A stretch of DNA of 63,843 bases, filler included, from Olpidium bornovanus S191 (taxonomy: Eukaryota > Fungi > Olpidiomycota): the NCBI GenBank assembly GCA_017911155.1. It is 28 parts of 28 records of this genome, joined end to end, with 100 filler letters (N's around TTAATTAATTAA, not from the genome) between each part and the next. Parts side by side here need not be neighbours in the genome. Positions count along the whole stretch, not along the records: positions 1 to 1,883 come from JAEFCI010012569.1; positions 1,984 to 4,038 come from JAEFCI010002917.1; positions 4,139 to 6,842 come from JAEFCI010006799.1; positions 6,943 to 8,228 come from JAEFCI010009427.1; positions 8,329 to 9,863 come from JAEFCI010003486.1; positions 9,964 to 11,511 come from JAEFCI010002869.1; 22 more parts are not named here. One strand, given 5' to 3'. The translations under genes and the position numbers were made by a program. The notes under the pieces were generated by a model. It was not told the origin of the DNA, searched no databases, and worked only from the letters and a program-made list of their open reading frames with translations. Every line of letters starts with the position of its first letter. Positions within the stretch are counted from its first letter, which is position 1. This document shows, piece by piece, positions 1-11,611 of this stretch.

Positions 1-51
1 ATAGCCCCATCAGGCAAACGAAAACATACCGGACGCGACGATGCGCCCTGT

Positions 52-1547
52 TCAGAAGTAACCGGCTTGACTCACGCACCCGGAATCCCCGCCAGATAGG
101 AAATGCTCCTCGTCGATCATGGAGACCACGTCAATGGAGCCCTCCAGGAAACCCGGCGGCGTTTCGGAAGAGTTGGAGCCTTCTGCGCTCCTTGCAAGCT
201 TGCCTCCGTCCACCTCCCCGCAGCCGCGCCGCTTACCGACACCGCCCCCGCGGAAAACGAGCTGCGCCTCCTCAACTATCTTCCACAGCCGGACCGTGCG
301 GTCCCGGGCGCCGACGGTGACGGCTCTCTCCCTCGCAAGGGCATCGATGCACGGCACACCGTCCTGGTGGCCGAACAGAGTCTCGACGTATGACATCTGG
401 TCGAGGTCCCACAGCTTTACGGACCGGTCCAGCGAGCACGAATACAATTGCGCGGTTGCCCGGCGGAACGCCAGCCCCGTCACAGCGTCCTTGTGGTGCC
501 GGAACGTGTGGACGTGCCGGTTGTCCCCCACCGACCACACGTTTATCAGCCGATCCCGTCCCCCACTGGCCAGGTACCGCCCGTCCGGCGACACGGCCAG
601 CGCAAGGACGTGGTCGGTGTGGCCGACGAAGTGCTTGACGCCCTTCCGGCCGCCCGGAAACGTGTGCAATTTTTTGCCCGTCTTGGCGTCCCACTTTATA
701 ATCGAGGCGTCCTTGGAGCCCGTGTACAGCACAGACAAGGACTCGTCCGCAGCGACGCAGGTGATGGGCAGCTGGTGGCCGCGGCTAGCGCGGACGGACC
801 GCACTCCACTGGGGTCCTGCGGAAACTTGTAGCACTCCGCGACATTCCGGTGTAGGCGGCCGGCGGTTTCCAACTGGAGGAGGGCAGGCAACAGAGCCGG
901 GCGTGTCAGCACAAACCTAGGGAGCCAAACCAAAAAAAAAAAAAAAAAAGAGCAAAGAAACACCGCCGCTCCGTGAGGTAGCTCCAGACTACATTCAGGG
1001 CTCAGTCCAATGAATTCACGTACGGCGTCGTCCTTCAGCCTTTCGGCGATGAGATCCCTGTCTATCTCCGCGGCATCGTACTCGCCCGAGTCGCCTGTGC
1101 GGACAGGGAGAGGCACAACGAGGCGGTGAGCAACTCGGCTGTTTGCGGGCGCGAGCCGAACCGCGGAACGTGGACGCGCGCGAAGGTGGACCGTTCCCGG
1201 GCGGCGGCCGCGAGGAGAGGAGACCGACCTAGGTTCTGCTTCAGGCTCGCTATGTAGCCCTTGGCCAGCCGCAGGCGCTTCTCGGCAGCGGTCTCCCTCT
1301 GCTCGGCCTCGTCGGCCTCGTCATCATAGTCGCCGCCGTCGTCGTCGCGGTCTTCGTCGAGGTCGTCGGCCGCGCCGGCGCCGACCGCGTCGTCGTCGTC
1401 GTCGTCGCCGCCGCCGCCGCCGCTAGCGCGCTTCCGGCGGCGCTCGGGCGGCGGACGGCCGCGGGACGCGGGGCGGGCAGCGGAGGCGGCGGGCTTCCTG
1501 CGCTTCCTGCGGACGTCGGCGGCGGCTTCAAAGAACGGGTCGGGCAT
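52..1547 (-). CDS. RRP9: U3 snoRNP WD40 protein Rrp9 (U3-55K), multi-exon, 3' end incomplete
   Basis: Start MPDPFFEAAA (ATG 1547), acidic tract, ETAAEKRLRLAK motif, then WD40 repeats (GHQLPITCV, GHTDHVLALAVSPDGRYLASGGRD, TLFGHQD, FLEGSIDVV); GT-AG introns join ORFs 1062..1610 and 52..1116. Confidence 0.92.
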
Positions 1548-1828
1548 GGCTGGGGCGGTGTGAGCGGCGGGGGGGCGTCGGGGAGGTGCGGCGGAGGAAG
1601 GGGCCGCCAAACCGGCGGTTTTTCGAAAAAGGGCCGGGAAATTCAGGGCGCTGCTCTCCCCTGGACGGGATCAGGGGGGAACGGAAAAAAAAATTTAATC
1701 AAGCGGTCGGGTCACGTGCCGCGCTTTTTGTCCACGTGACCCGTGCGGGTTTGCACAGAGACGCGCCCGCGGGCGGCCAGACGCGAACGACCTCCCGCAC
1801 GACCTCGCGTTTCGCCCGCCCGCCAAAC

Positions 1829-1866
<38 letters not shown>

Positions 1867-1883
1867 GCCGCACCGAAAAAAAA

Positions 1884-1983
1884 NNNNNNNNNNNNNNNNN
1901 NNNNNNNNNNNNNNNNNNNNNNNNNNNTTAATTAATTAANNNNNNNNNNNNNNNNNNNNNNNNNNNNNNNNNNNNNNNNNNNN
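1884..1983. other. Artificial contig spacer N44-TTAATTAATTAA-N44 (first of 27)
   Basis: The same 100-nt block recurs 27 times; TTAATTAATTAA gives stops in all six frames. Confidence 0.99.
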
Positions 1984-2009
1984 AAAAAAAAAAAGAAAAA
2001 AAAAAAAAG

Positions 2010-2045
<36 letters not shown>

Positions 2046-2179
2046 GCTTCCAAAAAAAAAGGATCAAAAAAGAATAATGAATAAAATAATGAATTGCCTC
2101 TGGGCCGAAACCTTTTTTTTTTTTCCGCTTCCGCTTTTTTTCACTTCTTTCCATTTTGTTTTTTTTTAATTCCACGCAG

Positions 2180-2600
2180 GTTCACCCTGCACAAAGGGTG
2201 CTTCAAAGGCGCCGACCCGCGGAGCCAGCCGAACAGCTCGTTCGGCGAGGGGCGGCTCCCCGCGGCCAGCTTCCAGCCGCGGGCGCCGCCCGCCAAGGGG
2301 CGCGGCAAGTGGAGCGTCGGCGAGTACGGGTACAGGCAGCACGGCGTCGTCGCGGCCGCCGCGGTTTCGGCGCCGGTTTCGGGTTCCGTCCGGGCGAGCG
2401 CGAGCTCGCTGCGGCCGGCGCGGGGAGGGGCCCCGAACGGGGCGGACCGGGCGGATCCGCCGCGGCAGCAGCGGGAGCAGCAGCAGCAGCAGCAGCAGCG
2501 CCCGCCGCCGCGGCGGAGCGCGGAGCCGTCGAGGCCGGACGGCGGATTTTCCGGGCCGCGGCGCGCCGGCCCGGGACCGTCGTCGACGACGTCGTTGTAG
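2180..2600 (+). CDS. Probable terminal exon of an unidentified gene (Gln/Pro/Arg-rich tail)
   Basis: Poly-T tract and CAG acceptor at about 2179, then an open frame FTLHKGCFKGADPRSQP...QQQQQQQRPPP to a stop at 2600; no family recognised. Confidence 0.35.
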
Positions 2601-3539
2601 TCGTCGTCGTGCTGAAAATATTCGTCCTCCCTCAACTCTCCCCCTCCCCTCCCTCCCCTTACCGAAGTGGCGGATTCGCGCCGCAGGAGAATCATTTTGT
2701 TAGCAAATATTACCCCCCACCCCGCATCCAAACCGCCGTTTTTTTATTTATTATTTTTTTTTTTTTGTTTTTCCCTCCTCCCTCGCCGCGGGTGAGATTT
2801 TTGAATAGACAACAAAAAACACGCAAATCTTTTTTCCCCACGCGGCACGGACGCCCCAGGAACCGCCGCTGGCCTCCCCCTGTCCTCCCGGGTAATCTCA
2901 TCTCGAGCGGCGGCAATTTCGGACAGCGCGCGCGCTCGCGTGGGTGGGGTCCCCGACCCGAATCGAAGAAAGAAAAGGAAAATAACAACATCTTCTTCCT
3001 CCCTACCTACCCCACCTCTCGGAAGGAGGTGGGCGGGGTGGAAACCTCCTGCAAAGAAACGATTTCCGTTTTTTTTTTCTTTGTTGCTCGTCGCGAATCG
3101 GTCACGGGGGTGCGGGGGTGAAAGGGGGGAGAGGATTGTTTCGGAGGACTCGCTTTTCGGGGGCCGGCGGTTTGTGTGCGTGTTTATGTTTGTGTGCGAG
3201 TGCGTCAGTAGTGTGCGAGGAGGGGAGAGGGGGTCAAACTTTTCTTGCCTTTTTTTTTTTTTTTTTTTTTCTTTCGGTTTTTGATGGGTGGTCACCGCGC
3301 CGATTTGACAGGCGACGCTACGTTCTGGCCCGATTTTGTTTTGCCGTTTTTTTTATTTTTTTTTTATTTTTTTTATTTTTTTTATTTTTTTTATTTTTTT
3401 TTTTTTTCCCGACCCCCCGGTGCAGGGGGTTGGCGCGCACAGAAAAAAAAAAATAAAAAAACAAAAAAAAAAACTCGAGTGAGAAACTCGAGACCTCTTC
3501 CTCTTCCTCTTCTTTCCCGCCGTCCTCTTTCCACCATCT

Positions 3540-3743
3540 TACCGGATCAAACGCGGGCGCCGGGCTCGCCTTTGCGGCGCGCGGCTCGGCGGCGGCGGCG
3601 TCCGCGTCGGCGCGCCGGCAGCAGCGGCTGATCAGATACCTCCCCAGGAAGTCGACGGGATCCGCCGGCTTCTGCAGCGCCGCCAGGTGCAGCCCGTCGG
3701 CCAGCGCCTCCCCGACGGCGACTTTCAGGTAGTTCGCGTCCAT
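3540..3743 (-). CDS. DPY30-domain (DYDC-like) protein, N-terminal exon
   Basis: MDANYLKVAVGEALADGLHLAALQKPADPVDFLGRYL is a Dpy-30/RIIa-type dimerisation-docking motif at the extreme N-terminus, as in DYDC proteins; GTAAGA donor near 3542. Confidence 0.65.
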
Positions 3744-3926
3744 CTCTCGGAAGAACGGGGGCGGAGAAAGGGGAGGCCGGGGAGGGAGGGGAAGAAATAA
3801 GGTGGGGGCGGCGGGAAAACGGGCGTGTGTGCGCGTTCTCGTTTCTTTCTCTCTCTCTTTCTCTCGAGAATTTCTTGGCTTTTTTCCTCCACTCTGCGGA
3901 AAATTGTCCGGGTTCAAACCAAAAAG

Positions 3927-3974
<48 letters not shown>

Positions 3975-4138
3975 AAAAAAAGAGGGGGGGGGGGGGGGGG
4001 GGGAAAAGGGGGGGGGGAAGGGGGGGGGGGGGGGGGGGNNNNNNNNNNNNNNNNNNNNNNNNNNNNNNNNNNNNNNNNNNNNTTAATTAATTAANNNNNN
4101 NNNNNNNNNNNNNNNNNNNNNNNNNNNNNNNNNNNNNN

Positions 4139-4658
4139 AATACGAACGGAAGCAAAAGCAGGAAGAGCCGGTGAACGATAAATCGGAAACGCTGTTTGTA
4201 GGCAACCTACCCCAGGACGCGGACGAAGCCTCGTTGCGTGACGCGTTTGCCGAGCATGGCGAGATCGTCTCGGTGACCTTTCCGACAGACAGCGAAACCG
4301 GGAAAGGCAAGGGGTACGTAGCCGTACTGCTTGTGTGATTTTCCTGGATCTTTACATTCGGAGCCGCCCGCTCATGACATTTTTGTGATTGCTCGGAAGG
4401 TTCTGCTACGTTCAGTTCGTGGATGCTGATACCGCCGAAGCTGCCCGCAAGGCCGTGAACGGTACCGAAGTGTGCGGACAATCGGTGCGGATCGACTACA
4501 AAGGCCGGAAATCTGCCGGTGTTCGCTGGGTGCGAGTAGGCGACCCGTGGTTCCGCGGCATGCGCGGCGGTCGCGGCATGCGAGGCGGACGCGGCATGCG
4601 AGGCGGGCGCGGCATGCGAGGCGGTCGCGGAGGACGTGGAGGATTTGGCGGACGTTAA
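4139..4658 (+). CDS. Nucleolin/Nsr1/Gar2-like RRM plus RGG protein, C-terminal part
   Basis: RNP2 LFVGNL; RNP1 KG|FCYVQF split by intron 4314-4399; followed by (GMRGGR)x4 and GGRGGFGGR stop. Confidence 0.85.
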
Positions 4659-4989
4659 CGGCACGGGAGTCGTAGTTCCGGCGCCGCCGCCGGAGACTGG
4701 TCCAAGGACTACTTGGCGCAATGTAGAACTGTTTTCTCTTGTAATTTCCGTACGTAAAAAGCACCAAAAAAGGCACCAGCGCTACTACTAAACGCCTGCG
4801 GTTCGTAGGCAGACCTCCCTGGCTCCGCCGCTCAGCCTGAGCGCTAAGTGAAGGAGTAAAACGGTGGGAACTGGTGGTACGCCTTGTTTCGCGTTTTTGT
4901 AGTATTATTTAGCTGCACCCGCCCGTAGTATTTTAACGGGGCAAGCGACGTCGAGAATTTCCCCCAATTCGCGCTGTTTGCCGGGAACC

Positions 4990-6443
4990 CCCGCGGTAAC
5001 ACCAGTCGCGCGGAACGGTTGCTAGACAGTTGCTGCTCGCAGAACATTGTCAACGACTGCTCTGAACTGTCGCATGTGCAAACCTGCAACCACGACATCC
5101 GCTTACGGAACGATTCAGCGGTTAAAGCCAGCATCAAAAAGGAGTTGTGGCATTGACACACGCAGGCGGCGCACGAACGACGATAGTCGATGTCCTCTGT
5201 ATTCCACAAATGGCACGCAACCTACTTTCCGTGGGCAAACCAACCAGAAAGGGAGTCCGCTTGGTTTTCGAGGGAGACATGTGCGATCTCACTATCAACG
5301 GCCAACGCGTCGGTAGGGCCAACGCGTCGGTAGAGCCAAACGGACGGCGAATGATCTCTACCGAATGCTGTGCCATCGCGACACTGAACCCGCCACATCT
5401 GAGTGCCAGCGGGGACCTGGCACACCCGGTATGCACATCTCGGGGACGACTACCTCCGCCTACTCCGAGATGAGGTGCTGGTGACGGGCCTGCCAAGGCA
5501 GGGGCGAGCGACGGCGACCCGTCATTCCGCCGGGGCTGCGTACAAGCAAAGTTAGGCAGGACCCCCTTTCCGCACCCTAAACACGTGGCGGCCCGCGAAA
5601 CCGCTGGGGAAGGTCCATTCTGATGTGCTGGCCTTCCCGGTTCCCTCCCTGGGCGGCTCGTGAGCCGTGATCACCTTCACGGACAAAACGACACGTTTTA
5701 CTTGCGTATACTTTCTTCGGCACAAGAGCGAGTGCTTCACAAAGTACTTGCAGTACGAAGCTCTGGTCGAGAGCGAACACGGCCACAGGATCTCCGTCCT
5801 ACAGACGGACGGGGGGGGTGAGTATGTCTCCCATGTCTGGCGGAAGCATCTGCTAAGCCGCGGGCTTCGTCTCATGATAACTACACGAGACTCGCCAACC
5901 CAGAACGGTCTGGCTGAGCGGCTAAATGGCGCATTGGCTGAACGCACCCGCGCGATCCTCCACCACCACACAGTGCCGAAGATCTTTCTGGGCCGAGGCC
6001 CTCGTGACAGTTATGACTTCCAAAATTGTTCACCGCACGCCGCTCTCCAAAGCCCGCATCGCACCCCGTTGGAGGCGTGGACAGGGCGCAAACCCGACGC
6101 GCGTCACCTGCGGGTGTTTGGATGCTCGGCGTTCGCCCTTATTCTGTCGACGAGACGAGTCGACCAGCTCGACCCTCGCGCAGACCCCTGCGTCTTCATG
6201 GGCTACTTGGAAGATCGGAAAGGGTGGAAGTTCTGGAAACCGGACACCCGCCGCTTCTTTTGGAGTCGCGACGCGCGATTTGATAAGGGGGGAGCGGCTT
6301 CGCCAGCCAGCCGTCTGCGGCAGGGCAGCCCACGACTGTGCCTAGAAGCTAGTGAGACCGTCGTTCCCCGTAGAGTAATGACGGTTTGCCGAGTCGCCGC
6401 AGGCGACGTAGGCGAACCTGATCACCCGAGGGGTGACGGTTGA
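4990..6443 (+). mobile_element. Degenerate Ty1/copia pol: protease, pre-integrase region and integrase
   Basis: LLDSCCSQNIVND (protease-like), DVLCIPQMARNLLSVG, integrase core LQTDGGGEY...SPTQNGLAERLN, PLEAWTGRKPD...LRVFGC; frameshifts and stops present. Confidence 0.9.
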
Positions 6444-6949
6444 ACTAGCTTGGTGCCCCCCACCCACCTGTTCAACATCCTGAACGTGCTAGAACTACTG
6501 TCTGATCCCTTTGTGATCATCGGCCCATGTTCGGTTTTGGTAGCTTACGACGCGCGCTGGCGAGATTCTTTTACCAATCTCGCCTGCAGCTCCTCATCAG
6601 CCATGGCAGATCGAGGTTCAACTCCTCGCCTGTTGAATGCGACGGTCCGCGTGGCCATGGTTCGACATCTACGCCGTCGTGCGAGGTTTTCGCTGGCTCG
6701 TGGATGGGAAGTTTGGCGGGGCGGTGTTGTTGTCCAGTTCAACAACGCCTTTTGTATACATCCAGTGTGAGTGCGATGGAAACGCACCAAGCTAGTTCAG
6801 CCGTCTCCCCGGTTCTTAGACAGAACGATGCCGCGTAACTCTNNNNNNNNNNNNNNNNNNNNNNNNNNNNNNNNNNNNNNNNNNNNTTAATTAATTAANN
6901 NNNNNNNNNNNNNNNNNNNNNNNNNNNNNNNNNNNNNNNNNNCTCATCG

Positions 6950-7456
6950 GGGCACAGCGGAGGGCGCAGCGGAGGGCGCAGCGGAGATGCGCGCAGCGGA
7001 GGGCGCGCGGCAGAGGGCGCAGCGGAGCGGAGGGCGCGGCACAGCGGAGGGCGCGGCGGAAGGCGCGGCGCAGCGGAAGGCGCGACGCAGCGGAGGGCGC
7101 GGCGGAGGGCGCGGCGGAAGGCGCGGCGCAGCGGAGGGCGCGCAGCGGAGGGCGCGGCAGAGGGCGCGGCAAGAGGGCGCAGCGGAGATCCGCAGTGGAG
7201 GGCGCGCAGCGGAGGGGCGCGCAGCGGAGGGGCGTGCAGCGGAGGGGCGCGGCGGAGGGCGCGCAGCGGAGGGCCCGGCGCAGCGAAGGGCGCGCAGCGG
7301 AGATGCGCGCAGCGGAGGGCGCGCAGGGGGCGCAGCGGAGATGCGCGCAGCGGAGGGCGCAGCGCAGCGGATGCGCGCAGCAGAAGGGCGCGCAGCGGAG
7401 GGCGCGCGGAGATGCGCGCAGCGGAGGGCGCGCAGCGGGGGGCGCGGCGGAGGGCG
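6950..7456 (+). repeat. GC-rich minisatellite built from GCGGAGGGCGC(GCA/GG) units
   Basis: Dozens of imperfect 9-14 nt units visible directly. Confidence 0.9.
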
Positions 7457-7476
7457 GTTACAGGCAGGGCGTCCTT

Positions 7477-7591
7477 GGGCTCATAACCTGTCGGGTTTAT
7501 TTTCCCTTTTCCCTTTTTATTTCGTTTTGGGTGCTGGGCGGGAAGTAAAAGTAAAAGGAGGAGGGGAGTGCGAACGAAACGAATTGTAACA
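7477..7591 (-). mobile_element. Short copia-type LTR (about 7489-7591) with primer-binding site
   Basis: Minus strand reads TGTTACAATTC...AAACCCGACA then GGTTATGAGCCC, complementary to the initiator tRNA-Met anticodon arm. Confidence 0.6.
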
Positions 7592-7619
7592 TCCAGCACG
7601 TGAAGCGACTCACATTATC

Positions 7620-8228
7620 AGAATCCGCGTCATTACGGATCCGAGTCGTTCAGAGAGAATCCTCGTGCAGGATCACATTGCTCACAAGATACTCGAGCGC
7701 TTCGGCATGGTCGATAGCCATGCGGTCAAAACGCCGATTGATCCCCTCGAGCACCTTGAGAAGCGCACGGATATGGCTACGGCTAAGGAGATCCTCCGCT
7801 ATCAGCAGGTAGTTGGCTCCCTGCTCTATCTGTCAGTCTGTATGAGGCCGGATTTATCGACCGCCGTGTCGATGCTGGCGTCGTTCATGTCGAATCTGTC
7901 GAAAGGTCATTGGCGTGCCCTCAAGAGGGTACTCAGGTACCTCCGGGGTACCGTCGATCTCGGCGTCCGGCACTCGGCCAATATCGACAACGATGACCTC
8001 GGACTCGTTTGTTATTCGGATTCCGACTGGGCCGGATCCTCGACCCGCTACAGTCGGTCCGGATATGTTATACTTGTCCTCTGCGGTGCCGTCGCGTGGT
8101 ATTCACGCATGCAGACCATCGCCGCGGCATCTGCTACGGAAGCCGAGTTGATCGCGGCATCAGCCGCAGATCAAGAGCTCCGTTGGATTTGTTCGATGAT
8201 TCAGTATCTCGTCCTCGCCCAGCCGGCC
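7620..8228 (+). mobile_element. Ty1/copia RT C-terminus and RNase H fragment
   Basis: YQQVVGSLLYLSVCMRPDL, HWRALKRVLRYLRGT, CYSDSDWAG, SATEAELIAAS. Confidence 0.93.
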
Positions 8229-8328
8229 NNNNNNNNNNNNNNNNNNNNNNNNNNNNNNNNNNNNNNNNNNNNTTAATTAATTAANNNNNNNNNNNNNNNN
8301 NNNNNNNNNNNNNNNNNNNNNNNNNNNN

Positions 8329-8396
<68 letters not shown>

Positions 8397-8400
8397 CTCT
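8329..8400 (+). repeat. (CT)n microsatellite
   Basis: Direct observation at the contig start. Confidence 0.97.
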
Positions 8401-11010
8401 CCCCCTTTTTCTCTCTGCTCTAAAAACGTGAAGCGACAAATCCCAAGAATCTGCAAGCCCCAGGAACATCCAAATCCCCGAAAATCTTCTGGAAACCAGC
8501 AAATTCAGGAATTTGCGGGTCCTAAAAATCAGCAAATCTCAGCTCCGGCTCCGTCCGCGGGTCCACATATCAGAATCCATTGCAAACGTCGTAAACGTTG
8601 AAAACCAATGTCGTAAATGTCGTAAAGGGCGTAATAACACCGTAAACGGCGTATTCAATGGTTGCGCCGGGCCTGGTTTTTTTGCCGGGCACGGTTGCAC
8701 CGGAGTGATCCTTTTGTGCAGAGGAATTACCGGAAAACGACCGTCCCGGCCTCGCACTCGAGGAGCCTTTCCCGTGACCCGAGGGGTCTGCGAAGAACGT
8801 GTCTCACCGCTCTCGGAAACTTGCCAGATCCCCCCTCCAACCTTCCTTTACTCCGCGTAAGTCCGGCCGTCTGCTTCGGAGGGCGGCGTGTAACGGACTC
8901 AGCAGTGAATGCTCAACAAAAACGCTTTATTTTTCTGTCCGTACTATGACTACGAGATTGCAAAGGGTTCAGCTGCGCCAGGAACGAGAACAGCAGCAGC
9001 TGCAGCAGAGAAGGAACAAACATCTGGTAGCTACCAAATTGTACCAAATCTGAGAGTACCCAAAAAAGTTTCCGCTGTTGAGTTTAAAACACTGTCCAGA
9101 AATATTTTCAAGAACGTGTTCGACTGTACGAAAACGAGCCGAAAGTGTTCCAGAATAGATGAGGAAAATTTAATGTTTTGCCGAAAAGATTTGCTCGCTG
9201 ATTTTTCTCGAAAAAAAATACCCCTAGGGTGAACAAGTAGAGTTTCAGACTCAACAGCGATAGCGCTCAGATTCGGGACGGAAGAGAAAAAAACCAAAAC
9301 GCGAACGGGAGAAAGGGCCATTAAAAAGCTAGGGCCAGCGGAAAAAAAAGTTTCGGGGAGGCCCAGAAGGGAATTGCGCGCCGCACGCGAACAGCCGGTC
9401 ATCGCACTCAATCTTTCGGGCGGCGCACTCGATGTTTCGCCGTGGTCCTCTCCGAAGTTCGACGACAACCAGGTTTAGCTCTGTGACACATTTTGTAGAG
9501 CGGGTAACAGGGCTTAGGGAAAATGCGGTAGTTGCGAAGGCCGTCTGCTTCTTTACCTGAGGAGCGTGCTTTGTCATGTGACATCATCCGGGGTGCTACC
9601 CTATGCATTGCCCCAATTGGGGACGCAGCTAACATACGCCTTTGACTCTCTCTCCCAGCCTCGTCATCGCTTCCGCTTTGGTCCAGACACATCCCCGACA
9701 CATCCCCATAAGTCCATGGCTTTTCCCCTCAACACTCTAAGCCCATGTGAGTTTCTCCCATTAAATTTCTCAATGGTCTGCATTTAGGGCTCCAGCCACC
9801 AAGGCCCCCGTGAGGGTAAATTCCGCAAAACCGGCCAGGCGCTCCCGTCGTTCCAATCATAGANNNNNNNNNNNNNNNNNNNNNNNNNNNNNNNNNNNNN
9901 NNNNNNNTTAATTAATTAANNNNNNNNNNNNNNNNNNNNNNNNNNNNNNNNNNNNNNNNNNNNCATGCAGAGGAGCCACACCGCTTCCTCGGATGCCTCG
10001 TAGAGAGCTAAGATTTCAGCGTGGTTTGTAGATCCGAACCACGGACCAGGGCGGAGCGGTCAGAACGGGTAGCACTGACCGGCACAGATGGGCTTGTCAG
10101 CTTGAGGTTCCTCGCGACGGGAGCAGGCGTCCCCGCAAGCCATGGAGCATTACTCAGGGCCCTGGTAGTTTCTGCCGCAACCCTGGCTGCCGCATTCCTT
10201 GCCTCATTGATGGGCGACCAGGTGATTCCGGCTGAGTTCGCGAAGCCATCAGGCAGCTCATTCGCCGGGTGATTGAGGTGTTAAAGCTTGGAGACCTCAG
10301 TCTCGGTCAATGCGGTACGCGGACCAAAACTCATCTCATCGTGAATGACTCGGGAACCGCGAAATTCAAAAAAAAAACTGGCACCATCAGAATTTCCTTC
10401 AGCACGGAGTGTCGGGACAATGGACTCATTGAACGCGCAGTTCTCCAGGCGTGTGCGCAGGAGAGCGCCTGATCTGGGTGCCCTCAAGCAACACCAGCAC
10501 CGCCGGGCCGTCCGACGCTTGGAAGGACGGAAAGGCATCGGTGGCCGTGTGCCTCAAACTCATATTGGTCCATGGACGCATCCATTGGAGATCTCGGCGA
10601 AAGGGGCGCGACGGCGAGGCGGGGCGAGCTCGGCGAGCGAGATGCGCGGCGAAGGTGCGACGTCGAGGCCGGCGGAAAAGTGCGACGGCGGCGGCAAGGT
10701 GGCGGAGGCGGGCGAGGGGCAGGGAGGCGCGACGGCGACGGCGAGACGCGCGCCAAAGACTTGGCTCGGTAATATCGGCGCGCGGCAGCCGAAAAATGGC
10801 GTGCGGGAGCTTGGCGGGGAGCGCAACGGCGGCGGCCTTGACCGGGAAACTTCTCAGCGGAAAGGGCCGAAGCTACGGGCGCCAGGGGCAATGGTGCGGG
10901 CGCCGGCAATGGTGCGGGCGCTGGCGGAGGCGTCGCGGCTGAGACGCTTTGGGCCGTCAGAGGGAGCGACGGCGGAGGCTTCGAAGGCGGTGACTGCACG
11001 GCAATGGTGC

Positions 11011-11216
11011 TGATAACGCGTTGCAATTCTGCTCTCTTTTTCTTCCCGTCTTCCTTTCTTCTTGCCAGGCAAACCCTTCGGTTTGTTTATGTTTGCCGCC
11101 CGGCGGCCCCCGTCCAGAAGGGTTTTATCCCGCGACCAGGGTGAGTCCGCCGGATCGGCAGCGTACGTGTTCCGCATGCCAGCCTATTGTACGAAGGGTT
11201 TGCCTGGCACGTTACA
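11011..11216. mobile_element. Putative LTR-like element (TG...CA) with an internal 18-bp inverted repeat, next to a Pro/Ala-rich gag-leader-like ORF (10484-11026, minus)
   Basis: Ends TGATAACG and CGTTACA; TGCCAGGCAAACCCTTCG (11063-11080) pairs with CGAAGGGTTTGCCTGGCA (11192-11209); no TSD and no recognisable gag domain. Confidence 0.35.
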
Positions 11217-11611
11217 TGCAAAGAACGACGATTGCGGGCGATTAATGAAAGGAGGCCGAAAATCTTATGCTGTGCAATCCTGACCCTAATCTGCTACCAA
11301 GGGGGAGAAAGTATCTCTTTAACCCTCGGGCGAGAATCTATGATTAGAAGGAGATAGGCCTATCTTCAAAAGTTCAGTGGGCCTACTTGATCTTCTAATT
11401 GTAGACTTCATGCACCTGCAGTTAGGGATATTCTAACCGCAAAACTACCCGTGTAGCACACGAGAAGGTTATATTTTGTAGAATTAAAGTAAAATGGATG
11501 TTGTTGATTTCNNNNNNNNNNNNNNNNNNNNNNNNNNNNNNNNNNNNNNNNNNNNTTAATTAATTAANNNNNNNNNNNNNNNNNNNNNNNNNNNNNNNNN
11601 NNNNNNNNNNN

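Noticed and set aside
1743-4094. Poly-Lys, poly-Phe and poly-Gly ORFs
   Set aside because: Translations of A/T/G homopolymer runs, many at low-quality contig ends.
6534-6632. tRNA-like T-arm (CGAGG-TTCAACT-CCTCG, 6612-6628) with an upstream 9-bp hairpin (6559-6584)
   Set aside because: No pairing acceptor stem or D-arm can be drawn; at most a remote SINE-head possibility.
8401-9863. Possible LTR start (TGTAACGG near 8888) and short ORFs
   Set aside because: No matching end, PBS or protein motif; left unannotated.
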